51,860 bases of DNA from Candidatus Limnocylindrales bacterium (GTDB lineage: Bacteria > Chloroflexota > Limnocylindria > Limnocylindrales > CSP1-4). The notes under the pieces were generated by a model. The model made no database searches, was not told the DNA's origin, and saw nothing but the letters and a program-made list of their open reading frames with translations. This document shows, piece by piece, positions 9,628 to 20,300 of this stretch. Both the position numbers and the translations under genes were made by a program. Position 1 is the stretch's first letter. Every line of letters begins with the position of its first letter. The stretch spans positions 1 to 51,860 of the forward strand of contig JBBQTO010000002.1 of NCBI GenBank assembly GCA_038234575.1. The letters run 5' to 3'.

Positions 9628-11457
9628 TTACTTCACGGTGATCGCGAATCGCAGACGGAACCCCGTAGGGTCCGCTGACGCCGTCGCGATGAAGGCGTCG
9701 AACGGGGCAATGTACGGCTTGACGTCGGCCTCGAACTGGGTTCGCGCCTCGGCCGGGATCGTCGCCTCCGCGAACAAGAGCAGCGGCGCGGCGACCACGT
9801 AGAGCTGGCCCGCATTCGAGGCGATCGAGAGCCCCAGTGCGGTCTTGTACGTCGCCTGGTCGGCGAGGCTCGCCCCCGGGACGGTCTCGAGGATGCGCCG
9901 GGCGAACGATTCCCCCCCGCCAACGATCACAGTCGATCCGCGCGCCGCGACCGAGATGACGATGTGCGTTCCAGGTGGCACCGTGAGGCCGCCGGCCGCG
10001 GCGCCCGCCTGCTGGAGCAGCGATGAGATGTCGCCGAGGTCGGCGAGGGTGACCTTCGTGCCGTTGATGTCGATGTCATGGGTCGTGATGCCGCTGCTGA
10101 GGCCGGCCAGGGTCAGCAGGCTGCGGATCTGGTCGGCCTTGGCGGTTGCGGTCGCGTCGTCGGCGGCCTGGACGAGGATCCCGCCCGTCAGCGAGGCGCC
10201 ATCGGGCACGACGACGATGCCCGCATCGTCGATCCAGCCAACGAGCTGCTGGGGTCCGCCGAGGACGCCGAGGGCCGCGTCGAGCTGCGACAGCGGCTGG
10301 CTCAGCGCCGGGTTCGCGCGCAGCGTCGTCAGCAGGTTCTGCGCCAGCACGCCGGTGCCGTGCGCCTCGTAGAGGACCGCCGTGTCTGACGGCAGGATGG
10401 GTGCGAGCCGGCTCTGGTGGGCCGGCGGCATGGTCAGGAGCGGCGATCCGCTCGGCGCGGGCGGCGAACCAGCCGGCCCGCTGACCACGTCGGCGACGAT
10501 GGTCGAATCTTCGGCGCTCAGGCCCCCGATAACCCACGGCGGGAGGGCCGCGAGGGCAACGGTCATGTCTGTGCCGGCGCTCGGCAGGCCCGGGATCAGG
10601 CTCGGGAACGCGCCCGTCTTCAGCGCGTCGATGCTGAAATATAGCGTCGCGAGGCGGTCACCGCCGAGCGTGTCGCGGGCCTTCTTGTACTGGGCTTCAC
10701 CGTCGATACCCGAGTGATTCCGGTGGGCATCGATCGCCGCCTTGATCGACGTGCTGTCGCCCACGAGCGCGTACCGGCCATCCAGGGCGCAGGCACCGGC
10801 GTCGGACTCGCCGCCGTGGATGTCGATGCCCTGGTACGTCTCCTTCGCCGTCGAGCTCTTCGTGATCGGATCGCAGGTCACCTTGCCGTCGGTGGTGAAT
10901 ACGGCGACGGCGCTCGGGGTGGAGCTACCGCCCCCCGGCACGCGCGCACCCACGAAGAGCGGGCCGGCGAGCCACGGCTTCACGTCGGTGGCATAGGTTG
11001 CCGAGCCGCTGCTCGCCTGGGTGGTGAGGCGGGCCAGCGCCTCGTCGAGCTTGGACGTCAGCGTCGACTGGTCCTTGAAACCCGGGAAGTGGGCGAGGAG
11101 ATTGCCGACCTTCTGGAGCTGATCGCCCGGCAGGTCCACCCGCAGCTCCGCGACGATCGGCATGTCGGCGGGGATGTACCGCAGCGCCTCGGGACTCGAG
11201 CGGCTGCCAAGCAGGATGACCGAGATCGCCGTGATGGCAAGCACGAGGCCGGCAACGCCGAACGCGACGAGCCAGCGGCGCCCGGATGCGCCGGACGGAG
11301 GCACGGCGGCGGTCGGAGCCGCGGCGGGCGGGGCCGCGGCTGCCGCCGACGCGGGTGTCGCGTCAGCTGGTGCCGCCGGCGGGGCGGCAGGCGCTGTTTC
11401 GGTAGCCGCGGGCGCCGCGGGCGTGACCGTGGTGTCGTCGTTGATCGGATCGGTCAC
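9628..11457 (-). CDS. membrane-anchored hypothetical protein, DUF3352-like (assignment from memory)
   Basis: 609 aa, GTG start, with GGGGGA Shine-Dalgarno 9 nt after the ffh stop. Ala/Pro-rich N-terminus, one TM helix ([23 protein letters not shown]), then a ~525-aa non-repetitive domain. High GC3 and no internal stops. Confidence 0.75.
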   Translation of the reverse strand: MTDPINDDTTVTPAAPAATETAPAAPPAAPADATPASAAAAAPPAAAPTAAVPPSGASGRRWLVAFGVAGLVLAITAISVILLGSRSSPEALRYIPADMPIVAELRVDLPGDQLQKVGNLLAHFPGFKDQSTLTSKLDEALARLTTQASSGSATYATDVKPWLAGPLFVGARVPGGGSSTPSAVAVFTTDGKVTCDPITKSSTAKETYQGIDIHGGESDAGACALDGRYALVGDSTSIKAAIDAHRNHSGIDGEAQYKKARDTLGGDRLATLYFSIDALKTGAFPSLIPGLPSAGTDMTVALAALPPWVIGGLSAEDSTIVADVVSGPAGSPPAPSGSPLLTMPPAHQSRLAPILPSDTAVLYEAHGTGVLAQNLLTTLRANPALSQPLSQLDAALGVLGGPQQLVGWIDDAGIVVVPDGASLTGGILVQAADDATATAKADQIRSLLTLAGLSSGITTHDIDINGTKVTLADLGDISSLLQQAGAAAGGLTVPPGTHIVISVAARGSTVIVGGGESFARRILETVPGASLADQATYKTALGLSIASNAGQLYVVAAPLLLFAEATIPAEARTQFEADVKPYIAPFDAFIATASADPTGFRLRFAITVK

Positions 11458-11466
11458 GTCGTCCCC

Positions 11467-12798
11467 CTAGCGCCTGCCCACGAGGGCATTCAGGCCGGCG
11501 CGGCCTCGCACTCCCGAAAGCTGCTTCATCATCCGTTGCATCTCGGTGAACTGCTTCACGAGGCGATTGACCTCGGTGAGCGACGTCCCGGAGCCGGCCG
11601 CGATCCGGCGACGCCTGGAACCGTTGAGGATCGATGGTTCGCGCCGCTCCCGCGTCGTCATCGACCGGACGATGGCCTCGGTTCGGCTGAGATCGCCACG
11701 ATCGACGGCTGCCTGGGCCTCGTTCGCCATCGAGCCCATGCCCGGGATCATCGACACGAGCTGGCCGATCGGGCCCATCTTCTTGACCTGCTGGAGTTGC
11801 TCCAGGAAGTCCTCGAGCGTGAATTCGGCGCGCCGCAGCTTCGCTTCGAGCTTCGCCGCGTCCTCCATGGACACGTTCTCCTGGGCCCGCTCGACGAGCG
11901 TGAGCACGTCGCCCATGCCTAGAATCCGGCCGGCGAGCCGATCCGGGTGGAACACCTCGAGGGCGTCGGTCTTCTCGCCGGTGCCGAGGAACTTCACGCC
12001 GATCCCGCTGACGGCCGCGATCGAGAGGGCGGCGCCGCCACGGGCGTCGCCGTCGATCTTCGTGAGAATCAGGCCCGTGACCGGGACGGCCGCCTTGAAC
12101 GCCTGGGCGACCGCGACGGCCTCCTGGCCGGTCATCGCGTCGACGACGAGGAGCGTCTCGACCGGGTGCATCGCCGCATCGACGCCGCGGATCTCGGCCA
12201 TGAGCACCTCGTCGATGCTCAGCCGGCCGGCGGTGTCGAGGATGATCGTGTCGCGCGTGAGCCGGTGGGCGGCCTCGACCGCGCCGCTGACGATCTCGGC
12301 GACGGTCGCGCCGGGCGCGCCCTTGTGGACGGGGATGTCGATCGCCTTGCCGAGGGTCTCGAGCTGCTCCGCGGCAGCGGGGCGATACGGATCCGCGGCG
12401 ACGAGGAGCGGCCGCCGGCCCATCCGCACCACGTGGCGGGCAAGCTTGGCCGCGGACGTCGTCTTGCCCGATCCCTGGAGGCCCACGAGCGAGATCACCG
12501 CTGGATTGCCTTGGAGCCGGAACGTCTGATCCCCCGCCGACAGCAGCGCGACGAGCTCGTCGTGGACGATCTTGACGACCTGCTGGCCGGCGGTGAGGCT
12601 CGCCAGGATCTCCGCCCCAACCGATTGCTCTCGAACGTGCGCGACGAAATCCTTGACGACGCGGAACTGGACGTCCGCCTCGAGGAGGGCGAGCCGGATC
12701 TCGCGCATGGCGACGTCGACATCGGCCTCCGACACCCGCCCGCGACCGGTGAGCGTGGCGAGCGAGCGTCGGAGCCGATCGCTGAGCTGATCGAACAC
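11467..12798 (-). CDS. ffh: signal recognition particle protein Ffh
   Basis: VFDQLSDRLRRSL..., GLQGSGKTTSAAKLA, DTAGRL, TKIDGDARGG, and a Met-rich M domain. Start set to GTG 12798..12796 (track ORF is 28 codons longer). Confidence 0.93.
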   Translation of the reverse strand: MFDQLSDRLRRSLATLTGRGRVSEADVDVAMREIRLALLEADVQFRVVKDFVAHVREQSVGAEILASLTAGQQVVKIVHDELVALLSAGDQTFRLQGNPAVISLVGLQGSGKTTSAAKLARHVVRMGRRPLLVAADPYRPAAAEQLETLGKAIDIPVHKGAPGATVAEIVSGAVEAAHRLTRDTIILDTAGRLSIDEVLMAEIRGVDAAMHPVETLLVVDAMTGQEAVAVAQAFKAAVPVTGLILTKIDGDARGGAALSIAAVSGIGVKFLGTGEKTDALEVFHPDRLAGRILGMGDVLTLVERAQENVSMEDAAKLEAKLRRAEFTLEDFLEQLQQVKKMGPIGQLVSMIPGMGSMANEAQAAVDRGDLSRTEAIVRSMTTRERREPSILNGSRRRRIAAGSGTSLTEVNRLVKQFTEMQRMMKQLSGVRGRAGLNALVGRR

Positions 12799-12892
12799 GA
12801 AGGGTCGGGACCCTCTCTGACGACCCGGGATGTTCCGCGACGGCCATGCGTCGTCGAGGCGGGCACGCGGGTTCTGGCGCACCGGCTGGGGC

Positions 12893-12898
12893 AGTGTA
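12893..12898 (-). promoter_or_regulatory. candidate -10 (TACACT) for ffh
   Basis: Lies in the 104-nt spacer between the lipoprotein gene and ffh. There is no TGn extension. Confidence 0.3.
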
Positions 12899-12902
12899 GC
12901 GG

Positions 12903-13802
12903 CTAGGGTCCGATCTTGAACGTGGCGAGCTTGTGGAGCGAGCCGTCTATCAACAGGAGCCCAAACGTGCCGTTGGTCCCGCTCCGGATCTGGAACCTCG
13001 AGGTGAGGTTCTTCGCGGTCTTGCCCGCGCCGATGAGCACGACCGACTGGCTGTGGCCGTCCCTTCGGGGCGCCACGAGCGTGCCGTCCGGCAGCCGGAG
13101 CCGAACGTTCGCCCCGGTGAACGCGGTTCCCCCCGTGAAGGTCCCCACGTACGTGACGTCGTAGGTGACGCTGAGGGCTTCGTTGCCGACCGGCAGCTCC
13201 ATGTACCAGTCCGGCAGGTCCCAGCGGACCTCCCGTCGCCGCAGCGCCAGTCGAAGCCCGCCAGCCGTGACAATACCGGACAGCGGCGCCGTCTCAGGAT
13301 CGAGGGTCACCACGGGGATTCGCCCGGTCGTGAACGGGATCTGCACCTGATGGTCACCGGGTCGGCCGATTCGGAGCACGCCATCGTCGATGGATGCATG
13401 GTGCTCGACCTCGAAGACGAGGCTGACCTCCGCGCTGCCACCCGCCACGACCACGGGCAGGACCGTGCCGCTCACGACGTTGTAGGTATGGCCCGACGCG
13501 GTGAGCCGAATCGGGACGTCCAAGGCGGCCGGGTCGCCGCCGGGATTGTTGATCCGCATCGTGACCGTAACGGGGCCGCCCTTCGGGTCCAGGCTGGCGC
13601 TTGCGCCGTGTACCGTCACGACGAGGCCCTCGACCCAGGCAGTCGTCTCGAGGGTGTACGTCGTGACGACGGAGGTCGCGATCGGCGGCGCGTGGGTTGG
13701 ACTCGGACCGGGCGTGGCGGTCTCGCCGAGACACCCGGTCACGGCGATCGCGACGATGATTGCCAGGCCGGCCCGGTCGGCCAGCGGGAGCCGCGACCTC
13801 AC
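12903..13802 (-). CDS. predicted lipoprotein with two beta-sandwich-like halves (hypothetical)
   Basis: 299 aa. Signal peptide plus lipobox (IIVAIAVTGC). The GTG start overlaps the ftsY stop (GTGA). Two beta-rich halves resemble DUF4352-type Ig-like domains (inference). Confidence 0.75.
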   Translation of the reverse strand: MRSRLPLADRAGLAIIVAIAVTGCLGETATPGPSPTHAPPIATSVVTTYTLETTAWVEGLVVTVHGASASLDPKGGPVTVTMRINNPGGDPAALDVPIRLTASGHTYNVVSGTVLPVVVAGGSAEVSLVFEVEHHASIDDGVLRIGRPGDHQVQIPFTTGRIPVVTLDPETAPLSGIVTAGGLRLALRRREVRWDLPDWYMELPVGNEALSVTYDVTYVGTFTGGTAFTGANVRLRLPDGTLVAPRRDGHSQSVVLIGAGKTAKNLTSRFQIRSGTNGTFGLLLIDGSLHKLATFKIGP

Positions 13803-14722
13803 GCCGAAACGCCCGTTGCGAATAGCGCGGCCACGAACGCAGCGGGGTCGAACGGGACGAGGTCGTCCGCGCGCTCGCCGACGCCGACATAGCGGACCGG
13901 CAAGCCGAGCTGGGAGGCGATCGCGAAGACGATGCCGCCGCGCGCCGTCGAGTCGAGCTTCGTCAGGACGATGCCGGTCAGGCCGACGGCGGCATGAAAG
14001 GCGACGGCCTGGGCCAGGCCGTTCTGGCCGGTCGTGGCGTCGAGCACGAAGAACGTCTCTGGCCGGGCATCGGGGACGCGGCGATCAACGATCCGTCGGA
14101 TCTTTGCCAGCTCGTCCATGAGGTTGGCCTTCGTATGGAGCCGGCCGGCCGTGTCGATGATCACGGTGTCGGCGCCCCGGGCGATCGCCGCGTCGAGGGC
14201 GTCGTAGACGACGGCGGCTGGGTCGGCGCCGGGCGCGTGGGCGACGACCTCCGCGCCCGTCCGATCGGCCCAGATCCGGAGCTGCGCGATGGCGGCCGCG
14301 CGGAACGTGTCGGCCGCAGCGAGGATGACCCGGTGGCCGGCTGCCTGCTCGAGGTGCGCCAGCTTGCCGATCGTCGTGGTCTTGCCGGTGCCGTTCACCC
14401 CGACGACGAGGACCATCCTGGGCCTGCCGTGGCCTTCGCTCGCGAGCTCCACCGCGCTTGCCGAGAGCACGGCCGCGAGCTCCCCTCGCACCGCTGCTTC
14501 CGCCGATGGCGCGTCGCGACGGGCCCGGGCTCGCTCCACGATCTCCGCCGACAGCGACGCGCCGACATCACCGGCGATGAGTGCTTCCTCGACCTCGTCC
14601 CACGCCTCGGGCGAAATCTGGCTGCCGCCGAGCAGGCCGCGCAGACGCGACATGAAGCCGCCGCGGCTTCGCTCCAGCCCCGCCTCGAGCTCGTTCGCCT
14701 GGTCTGCGAGGTCGTCGGCCAC
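13799..14722 (-). CDS. ftsY: signal recognition particle receptor FtsY
   Basis: [24 protein letters not shown] and [11 protein letters not shown] motifs of the SRP GTPase NG domain. Confidence 0.92.
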   Translation of the reverse strand: MADDLADQANELEAGLERSRGGFMSRLRGLLGGSQISPEAWDEVEEALIAGDVGASLSAEIVERARARRDAPSAEAAVRGELAAVLSASAVELASEGHGRPRMVLVVGVNGTGKTTTIGKLAHLEQAAGHRVILAAADTFRAAAIAQLRIWADRTGAEVVAHAPGADPAAVVYDALDAAIARGADTVIIDTAGRLHTKANLMDELAKIRRIVDRRVPDARPETFFVLDATTGQNGLAQAVAFHAAVGLTGIVLTKLDSTARGGIVFAIASQLGLPVRYVGVGERADDLVPFDPAAFVAALFATGVSA

Positions 14723-14723
14723 C

Positions 14724-17700
14724 CTAGCTCCGGGTCGCTTCGAGACTCGCGGACGAGCTGCCGTTCGAGACGGCGCGGCCCGCCAGCTCTGCCGCCTCCT
14801 CGAGCTGAAGGCTGATCACCCGGCTGACCGAATCCTCGCCGACGGTCACGCCGTAGAGCGCATCGGCGGTCTCGATCGTGCCTCGGTTGTGGGTGATCAC
14901 GATGCACTGGGTCCGCTGCGAGAGCTCCTTCAGCGCATCCGTGAAGCGGCCGATGTTGGCCTCGTCGAGGGCGGCGTCGACCTCGTCGAGCACGCAGAAC
15001 GGCACCGGCCTGACCTCGAGCATGGCGAAGAGGAGGGCCACGGCGGTGAGCGCTCGCTCACCGCCCGACAGCATCGCCAGCGCCTGGGGCTTCTTGCCTG
15101 GCGGCCGAGCGAAGATCTCGACGCCGGTCACCGAGAGGTCCGTCGGGTCGGTCAGCGAGAGCCGAGCGAACCCGCCGCCGAACAGCTGCTGGAAGCGCGC
15201 GTCGAACGCGATCTCGAGGGCCCGGAACGTGGCTCGGAATTGCGTCGCGATGAGGGTATCGAGCTCCGCGATGAGGCTTCGGGTCCGCTCGATCGCAGCC
15301 TGGAGGTCGAGTCGCTGCGTCTCGAGGGCGTCGAGCCGGGCCTTGAGCGCCGCGTATTCGTCGACTGCGAACGGATTGCCCGCGCCGAGCTCGTGGAACC
15401 GGCGGCGCAACGATGCCAGCCGACCCGCTGACGGCGGATCCGCGGGCGGGGCCGCAGCAGCCCAGACGACGGCTGCCTCGCGGACGGCACCCTCGAGCTC
15501 GGCGGCGAGGCCCTCGGCCCTCCCTTCGCCCGCGGCCAGGTCCTCCTCGGTGACGGCGCCCGCGGCACCGAGGTGAGCATCACGCGTGATTGGCAGGTCC
15601 GCAGGCGTACCCGGAGCTTCGGCACGCCCGACCGCCTGGAGGTGGCCCAACGCCAGAGCCCCGAGGCCGGCGAGCACGACCAGCAGCTGCTCGCCAACGT
15701 TCTCGAGACCGAGTCGCGCGTCGTGCTCCTCCCGCTCGCTCGCCTGACCACGCGCCTGGGCAACTCGGACCGTCTCGCGCGCTCGGCTCGCGCCCTGCTC
15801 CGCGGCGGCGAGCCGCTCCCGGTCGCCCGCGTCCTCGGCGACGAGGCCCGCGAGCTCAGCCCGAGCTTCGCGCTCGCGAGTGACGGCCGCGGCAAGCTGT
15901 CCAGCAAGCTCCTCGCGCTCGCCGTGGAGCGCGCCCTCGCGCTCGACGATCGCGACCGAGCTCGCATCCAGGCCGTCGAGGCGCGACCGCCCGATAGCGA
16001 TGGCGGCCTCCGACCCGGCCCGCCTTCGATCCCCCTCGTGGCGTCGCGACTCCGCGGCTGCGACCAGGCCCCCGAGCCGATCCCGGCGGGCCCGGAGGTC
16101 CTTGGTTCGCTCCTCCCAGATCCCCAGGGCGGCGTCGTCCTTACCGTTGTCCGCGCTCCTCGCCAGCGGTTCCCCCGTTACTGTGGCCGCCTCGCTCGTC
16201 GCCGGCGCCGGCGGCAATGCCGCTCTCGCGCGGTCCGCGTCGGCCGACAGCCGCAGCGCCTGCGCCTCGAGCCACGATGCGTCGCGGGCGGCGCTTTCCG
16301 CAGCTCGGGCCGCCGATCGCTCCTGTTCCTCAAGCTGGCGGCGGGTCGCGGTGGCCTGCGCCTGTATCGCTCTGGCCTCCGCAAGTGCGAGACCGGTCAC
16401 CTCGAGGCGGGCGGCGGTGTCGGCCGACGCCCGTTCCGCCGTGGCGAGCTCCCCGGCGAGACGTGCCGCCTCGGCCGCCAGCCGCTGCGCGGCGGCCTGC
16501 CGCTCCAACGACCCGCCATCCGGGAGGAGGGACACGACGAGGTCGCTGACAACCGCGCTGCCATCATGGGCGACGAGGCTCCAGCCGATGGGTATCGCCG
16601 CCTGCAGCTCGAGGCAGGCTTCGAGGTCCGGCAACCAGGCGCAACGGGCGAGTATTCGGCTGAGAGCTTCACGGTCATCGCGCCGCACGGCCTCGCCGAG
16701 GAGCCCGCCACCATGGGCCCGGACGGTCGCCTCGAACTCGCGCTCCGCATCGGTCCCCGTCCGCTGGCCGACGGCAAGGGATTCGGCAACAACCGCGCTG
16801 CCACGCTCCCCCGCGAGCCGGCTCAGAGCCGCCCTAGCGACGATGTACGCCGGCCCGACGCCGGCCAGCGTCGCGTCGACCGCCGCCCGGAGCTCGGGCT
16901 CGATCACCACGCCTCGATCCAGTCGCTCTCCGCCGTCCGCCCGGGCGGCGACCGCGAACGGGCCGTCTTCGAGGTCCTGCATGGCGCGCTCCGCGACCGC
17001 CAGGCTGGCTTGCACGCTCGCGAGCCCCGAGCGGTTGCTGCTCGCCCGCTCCGCCGCGCTCTGCGCGTCTGCGTGCGCTGCGAGCGCCTGTTGCTGCGCC
17101 TCTCGCCACGCCTCGGCGCCGGCGGCCTCGCTCGTGGTCGCCAGCTCGAGGGCCGCGCGTGCCTCGGCGAGGGCGGCGTCCGCCGCGGCCCGATCCCGTC
17201 CGGCGGCGACCGCCCGCTCGGCTTCGGTCGCCGCCGCATGCTCCGCGGCCGCGAGGCGACGCCGCGCGGTGTCCAGCTCGGCATGCCGAGCGGCCTCGAG
17301 CCGCCGGACGGCAGCGAGATCGGCATCGTCGGCGCCGACGTCGCGTTTGGCAGCCGCGAGCTCCTCGAGGGCCTCCGCGAGGGCTCGCTCCGCTTCCGCC
17401 AGCTCCGCATCCAGCCCGAGGTCGCGCGCCGGCGGCGGCTCGGCCAGCACGAGCTGGCCGGATGCCCGGTCGGCCTCCACGGTCCGTCGTTCGGCCGCGA
17501 GCCGGGCTTGTTCCCGGGCCACGTTCGCGAGCTCCGAATCGATCCGGCTTTCGCGCAGCCGCAACCCGGTCAGGTCGGCCAGGGCCGCGTCCACGGTCGC
17601 CCGACGCTCGGCCTCCACGGTCGCTCGGATTGCGAGCTTCGCGCTGAGCCCGGCGGCCGCATCCTCCTGGACGGTGAGCCCGACCATAGCCCGATCGAGC

Positions 17701-18470
17701 TGCGACCGCGCGGCCGCGACGGCCTCGATCGAGTGACGGACACGCACATCGGCGACATGCCATCTCGCGTGGGCTGCTTCCAGGATGGCGGCAGCGAGCT
17801 CGTCGCCGGCGCTACGGCGGCTCGTCTGCTGCTCGGCCTGGGCGGCGAGGCGCCGCGCCTGCGGGCGGAGCTCGGCGAGGATGTCCTCGGAACGAGCGAG
17901 GTTCATCTCCGATTCGGCGAGCTGCTCCTCGGCCTTCCGTCGTCGCCGCTCGTGGCGGCGGACGCCGGCGACCTCTTCGAACAGGGGCCGCCGCTCCTCG
18001 GGCCGGAGCGCCAGCGCCTGGTCGACCATCCCCTGGCCGATGAACAGGAACGCGTTCTCTGCGAGATGGGCCGCGTCCAGCAGGTCGACCAGGTCTCGCA
18101 GGCGAACGCGCTGGCGATTCAGGAGGTAGTCGTTCTCGCCCGAGCGATACAGTCGCCGACCGAGCTCGACCACGCCGTACTCGACCGGCAGCAGACCGTC
18201 GGCGTTGTCGAGGACGAGCTGGACGTCGGCCATTCCGAGCGCTGCGCGACGCTCCGAACCCGCCCAGATGACGTCCTCGGACTTGCGGGAGCGGAGCGCG
18301 CGGCCCTGCTCGCCCAGCGCCCAGCGCAGGGCGTCCGCGAGGTTGCTCTTGCCGGAGCCGTTCGGCCCGACGACGGCGCTGATCCCCGGCCCGAAGGCGA
18401 CGTGGGTGCGCTCGGCGAAGGACTTGAATCCCTGGAGGCGGACCGAGAGGAGGCGTGCGGGGCGACTCAC
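14724..18470 (-). CDS. smc: chromosome partition protein SMC
   Basis: 1248 aa. N-terminal [41 protein letters not shown], long Ala/Arg/Glu coiled coils, C-terminal [16 protein letters not shown]...[12 protein letters not shown]. Confidence 0.93.
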   Translation of the reverse strand: MSRPARLLSVRLQGFKSFAERTHVAFGPGISAVVGPNGSGKSNLADALRWALGEQGRALRSRKSEDVIWAGSERRAALGMADVQLVLDNADGLLPVEYGVVELGRRLYRSGENDYLLNRQRVRLRDLVDLLDAAHLAENAFLFIGQGMVDQALALRPEERRPLFEEVAGVRRHERRRRKAEEQLAESEMNLARSEDILAELRPQARRLAAQAEQQTSRRSAGDELAAAILEAAHARWHVADVRVRHSIEAVAAARSQLDRAMVGLTVQEDAAAGLSAKLAIRATVEAERRATVDAALADLTGLRLRESRIDSELANVAREQARLAAERRTVEADRASGQLVLAEPPPARDLGLDAELAEAERALAEALEELAAAKRDVGADDADLAAVRRLEAARHAELDTARRRLAAAEHAAATEAERAVAAGRDRAAADAALAEARAALELATTSEAAGAEAWREAQQQALAAHADAQSAAERASSNRSGLASVQASLAVAERAMQDLEDGPFAVAARADGGERLDRGVVIEPELRAAVDATLAGVGPAYIVARAALSRLAGERGSAVVAESLAVGQRTGTDAEREFEATVRAHGGGLLGEAVRRDDREALSRILARCAWLPDLEACLELQAAIPIGWSLVAHDGSAVVSDLVVSLLPDGGSLERQAAAQRLAAEAARLAGELATAERASADTAARLEVTGLALAEARAIQAQATATRRQLEEQERSAARAAESAARDASWLEAQALRLSADADRARAALPPAPATSEAATVTGEPLARSADNGKDDAALGIWEERTKDLRARRDRLGGLVAAAESRRHEGDRRRAGSEAAIAIGRSRLDGLDASSVAIVEREGALHGEREELAGQLAAAVTREREARAELAGLVAEDAGDRERLAAAEQGASRARETVRVAQARGQASEREEHDARLGLENVGEQLLVVLAGLGALALGHLQAVGRAEAPGTPADLPITRDAHLGAAGAVTEEDLAAGEGRAEGLAAELEGAVREAAVVWAAAAPPADPPSAGRLASLRRRFHELGAGNPFAVDEYAALKARLDALETQRLDLQAAIERTRSLIAELDTLIATQFRATFRALEIAFDARFQQLFGGGFARLSLTDPTDLSVTGVEIFARPPGKKPQALAMLSGGERALTAVALLFAMLEVRPVPFCVLDEVDAALDEANIGRFTDALKELSQRTQCIVITHNRGTIETADALYGVTVGEDSVSRVISLQLEEAAELAGRAVSNGSSSASLEATRS

Positions 18471-19219
18471 AACGCTGCCTCTCCCGCTTTAGTCGTCGTG
18501 TCGTCGGCGGCGACCCCAGCTTCGGCCACCCGCGCCGTCAGGACCTGTAAGGCCTCCGCCGCCGCGGCCGTCTCCGCGACGCGACGCGACGGCCCGACGC
18601 CCATCCCGAGGACCTCCTCGCCGACCCTGACCTCGACCCGGAAGACCTTCTCGTGATCCGGGCCGACGGCCTCGAGGAGCCGGTAGTCGGGTCGCTCGCC
18701 GCTCGATCGCTGGGTCTCCTCCTGGAGGCGGCTCTTGGGGCTCTTCAGCGCGATCGGCGAGAGGCCGGCATCGATCTCCGGCGCGGCAACGGCCACGACC
18801 CAGGCCCGCGTCGCGTCCCAGCCGAGGTCGATGAGAAGGGCACCAGCAAGCGCTTCAAAACCCGAGGCGAGGATCGACGGCCGGCGATCGCCGGCGCGAT
18901 GCGACTCCCCTTCCCCGAGCGCGAGATCGGCGCCCAGCTTGATCCGCTCGGCGAGCCGGGCGAGACCCGTCGCGCTGACGATCGCGGCGCGGCGTGCGGA
19001 GAGGAGACCCTCGTCATCGTCCGGGTGGCGCTCGAACAGCGCCTGGGAGATCGCGAGACTCACGACGGCGTCGCCGAGGAACTCGAGCCGTTCGTTGTGA
19101 CCAGCGCCTTCGCCGGGATGCTCATGGAGCCACGAGGTGTGGGTCAGGGCCTGGGCAAGCAGCTGTCGGTCCCGCATGGGAAGGCCGAGGCGCTCGGCAA
19201 GGACGTCGGCGCGATCCAC
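18467..19219 (-). CDS. rnc: ribonuclease III
   Basis: NERLEFLGDAV signature, followed by a C-terminal dsRBD-like segment. Its stop overlaps the smc start (GTGA). Confidence 0.92.
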   Translation of the reverse strand: MDRADVLAERLGLPMRDRQLLAQALTHTSWLHEHPGEGAGHNERLEFLGDAVVSLAISQALFERHPDDDEGLLSARRAAIVSATGLARLAERIKLGADLALGEGESHRAGDRRPSILASGFEALAGALLIDLGWDATRAWVVAVAAPEIDAGLSPIALKSPKSRLQEETQRSSGERPDYRLLEAVGPDHEKVFRVEVRVGEEVLGMGVGPSRRVAETAAAAEALQVLTARVAEAGVAADDTTTKAGEAAL

Positions 19220-19257
19220 GATCCCGAGCTGGCTCGCGGCGCCGGTCTGGAGCCTGC

Positions 19258-19494
19258 CTAGGTGGTCCGCTCGTCGATGTATTCGACAGCGTCGCCGACG
19301 GTCCGGATGCGCTCGGCATCCTCGTCGGAGATCTCGGTCGAGAACTCCTCTTCGAGGCTCATGATCAGCTCGACGAGATCGAGCGAGTCGGCATTCAGAT
19401 CGTCGACGAAGGAAGCCTCGGGCTTGACCTCTGCCTCATCGACGCCGAGCTGCTCGACGACGATCTTCTTGAGTCGCTCGTAGGTCGTGGCCAC
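19258..19494 (-). CDS. acpP: acyl carrier protein
   Basis: [51 protein letters not shown], containing the DSL phosphopantetheine site. GTG 19494..19492 with GGAGGGAG upstream. The track ORF is 25 codons longer. Confidence 0.92.
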   Translation of the reverse strand: MATTYERLKKIVVEQLGVDEAEVKPEASFVDDLNADSLDLVELIMSLEEEFSTEISDEDAERIRTVGDAVEYIDERTT

Positions 19495-20002
19495 TGACTC
19501 CCTCCTCGGAGCTGGGTGTCGATTCCTGGACACCTGAGGTCTCTCGTGCGATGGATCCGAGAACGCCATTCATGAGGCGCCGCATCGGGTCCCCACTGTA
19601 GATCCGTGCCAGTTCCACCCACTCGGCGATCGCCACCCGGGCCGGCGTCGCGGAGTGTAGCACCTCACCCAGGGCACATCGGAGCAACGCGCGATCCATC
19701 CGGGCCAGTTGGACAACCGGATATTGTGGCGCCAGGACCTCGATTCGAGCGTCGATCGTGTCCCGATTCTTGGCGACCACCTCGACGATTGAGCGGGCCA
19801 GCTCGCCGGCGGCGGGATCGGCCTCGGTCTCGGCCAGCTGCCGCTCGAGGACCGCCGTGGCGGTCCGCTGGCCGAACCCGGCCTCGAAGACCGCAGCCAG
19901 GGCTACGCGCCGCCCGGCGCGTCGAGACCGGATGCGGTCGGAGGTATGGGAATCGGCCGTCTCGCTCACGAATGCCCCAGCCGCCTCAGCCGCCGACGCC
20001 AT
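19436..20002 (-). CDS. nusB: transcription antitermination factor NusB
   Basis: ...[13 protein letters not shown]...[14 protein letters not shown]...[14 protein letters not shown]...[11 protein letters not shown]. The start is ATG 20002 or GTG 19969. The C-terminal tail overlaps the acpP start by 59 nt in another frame. Confidence 0.8.
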   Translation of the reverse strand: MASAAEAAGAFVSETADSHTSDRIRSRRAGRRVALAAVFEAGFGQRTATAVLERQLAETEADPAAGELARSIVEVVAKNRDTIDARIEVLAPQYPVVQLARMDRALLRCALGEVLHSATPARVAIAEWVELARIYSGDPMRRLMNGVLGSIARETSGVQESTPSSEEGVSGHDLRATQEDRRRAARRR

Positions 20003-20300
20003 CGATGACGGCGGTGACCCCGTCGATGGACAGCCCGAGCAGCCGCTCGATCGCCGCGCCGACTGTCGCGCGGACTGCCTTCGCGGTCGCGACGAGATCC
20101 GCGCCGGGCCGGGCGATGAGCCACAGCCGCACGCTCACCTTGTCGCCTCGGACGCGAACCGCCACCGGCGCACCGGATAGCGCGACGCGCCAGCGCGGCC
20201 CGCCCCGTCCGACGCGGAGCACGTCGGGGACTTCAAGGGCTGCCAGCCGGGCGACCTCGGCGATGACCCCCCGGCCGACGGTCAGCTCGGGCCTGCTCAC
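19986..20300 (-). CDS. Asp23/Gls24 family envelope-stress protein
   Basis: 104 aa. Sequence runs from GRGVIAEVARLAALEVPDVLRV to VSVRLWLIARPGADLVATAKAVRATV. Sits directly upstream of nusB, as in Bacillus yqhY-nusB. Confidence 0.8.
   Translation of the reverse strand: MSRPELTVGRGVIAEVARLAALEVPDVLRVGRGGPRWRVALSGAPVAVRVRGDKVSVRLWLIARPGADLVATAKAVRATVGAAIERLLGLSIDGVTAVIDGVGG

Noticed and set aside
15573-18656. 1027-aa plus-strand ORF (and nested 618-aa ORF) antisense to smc/rnc.
   Set aside because: This is a typical high-GC shadow ORF. It is Arg/Gly/Pro/Ala-rich with no recognisable motifs, and the opposite strand encodes a complete SMC with Walker A, signature and Walker B motifs.
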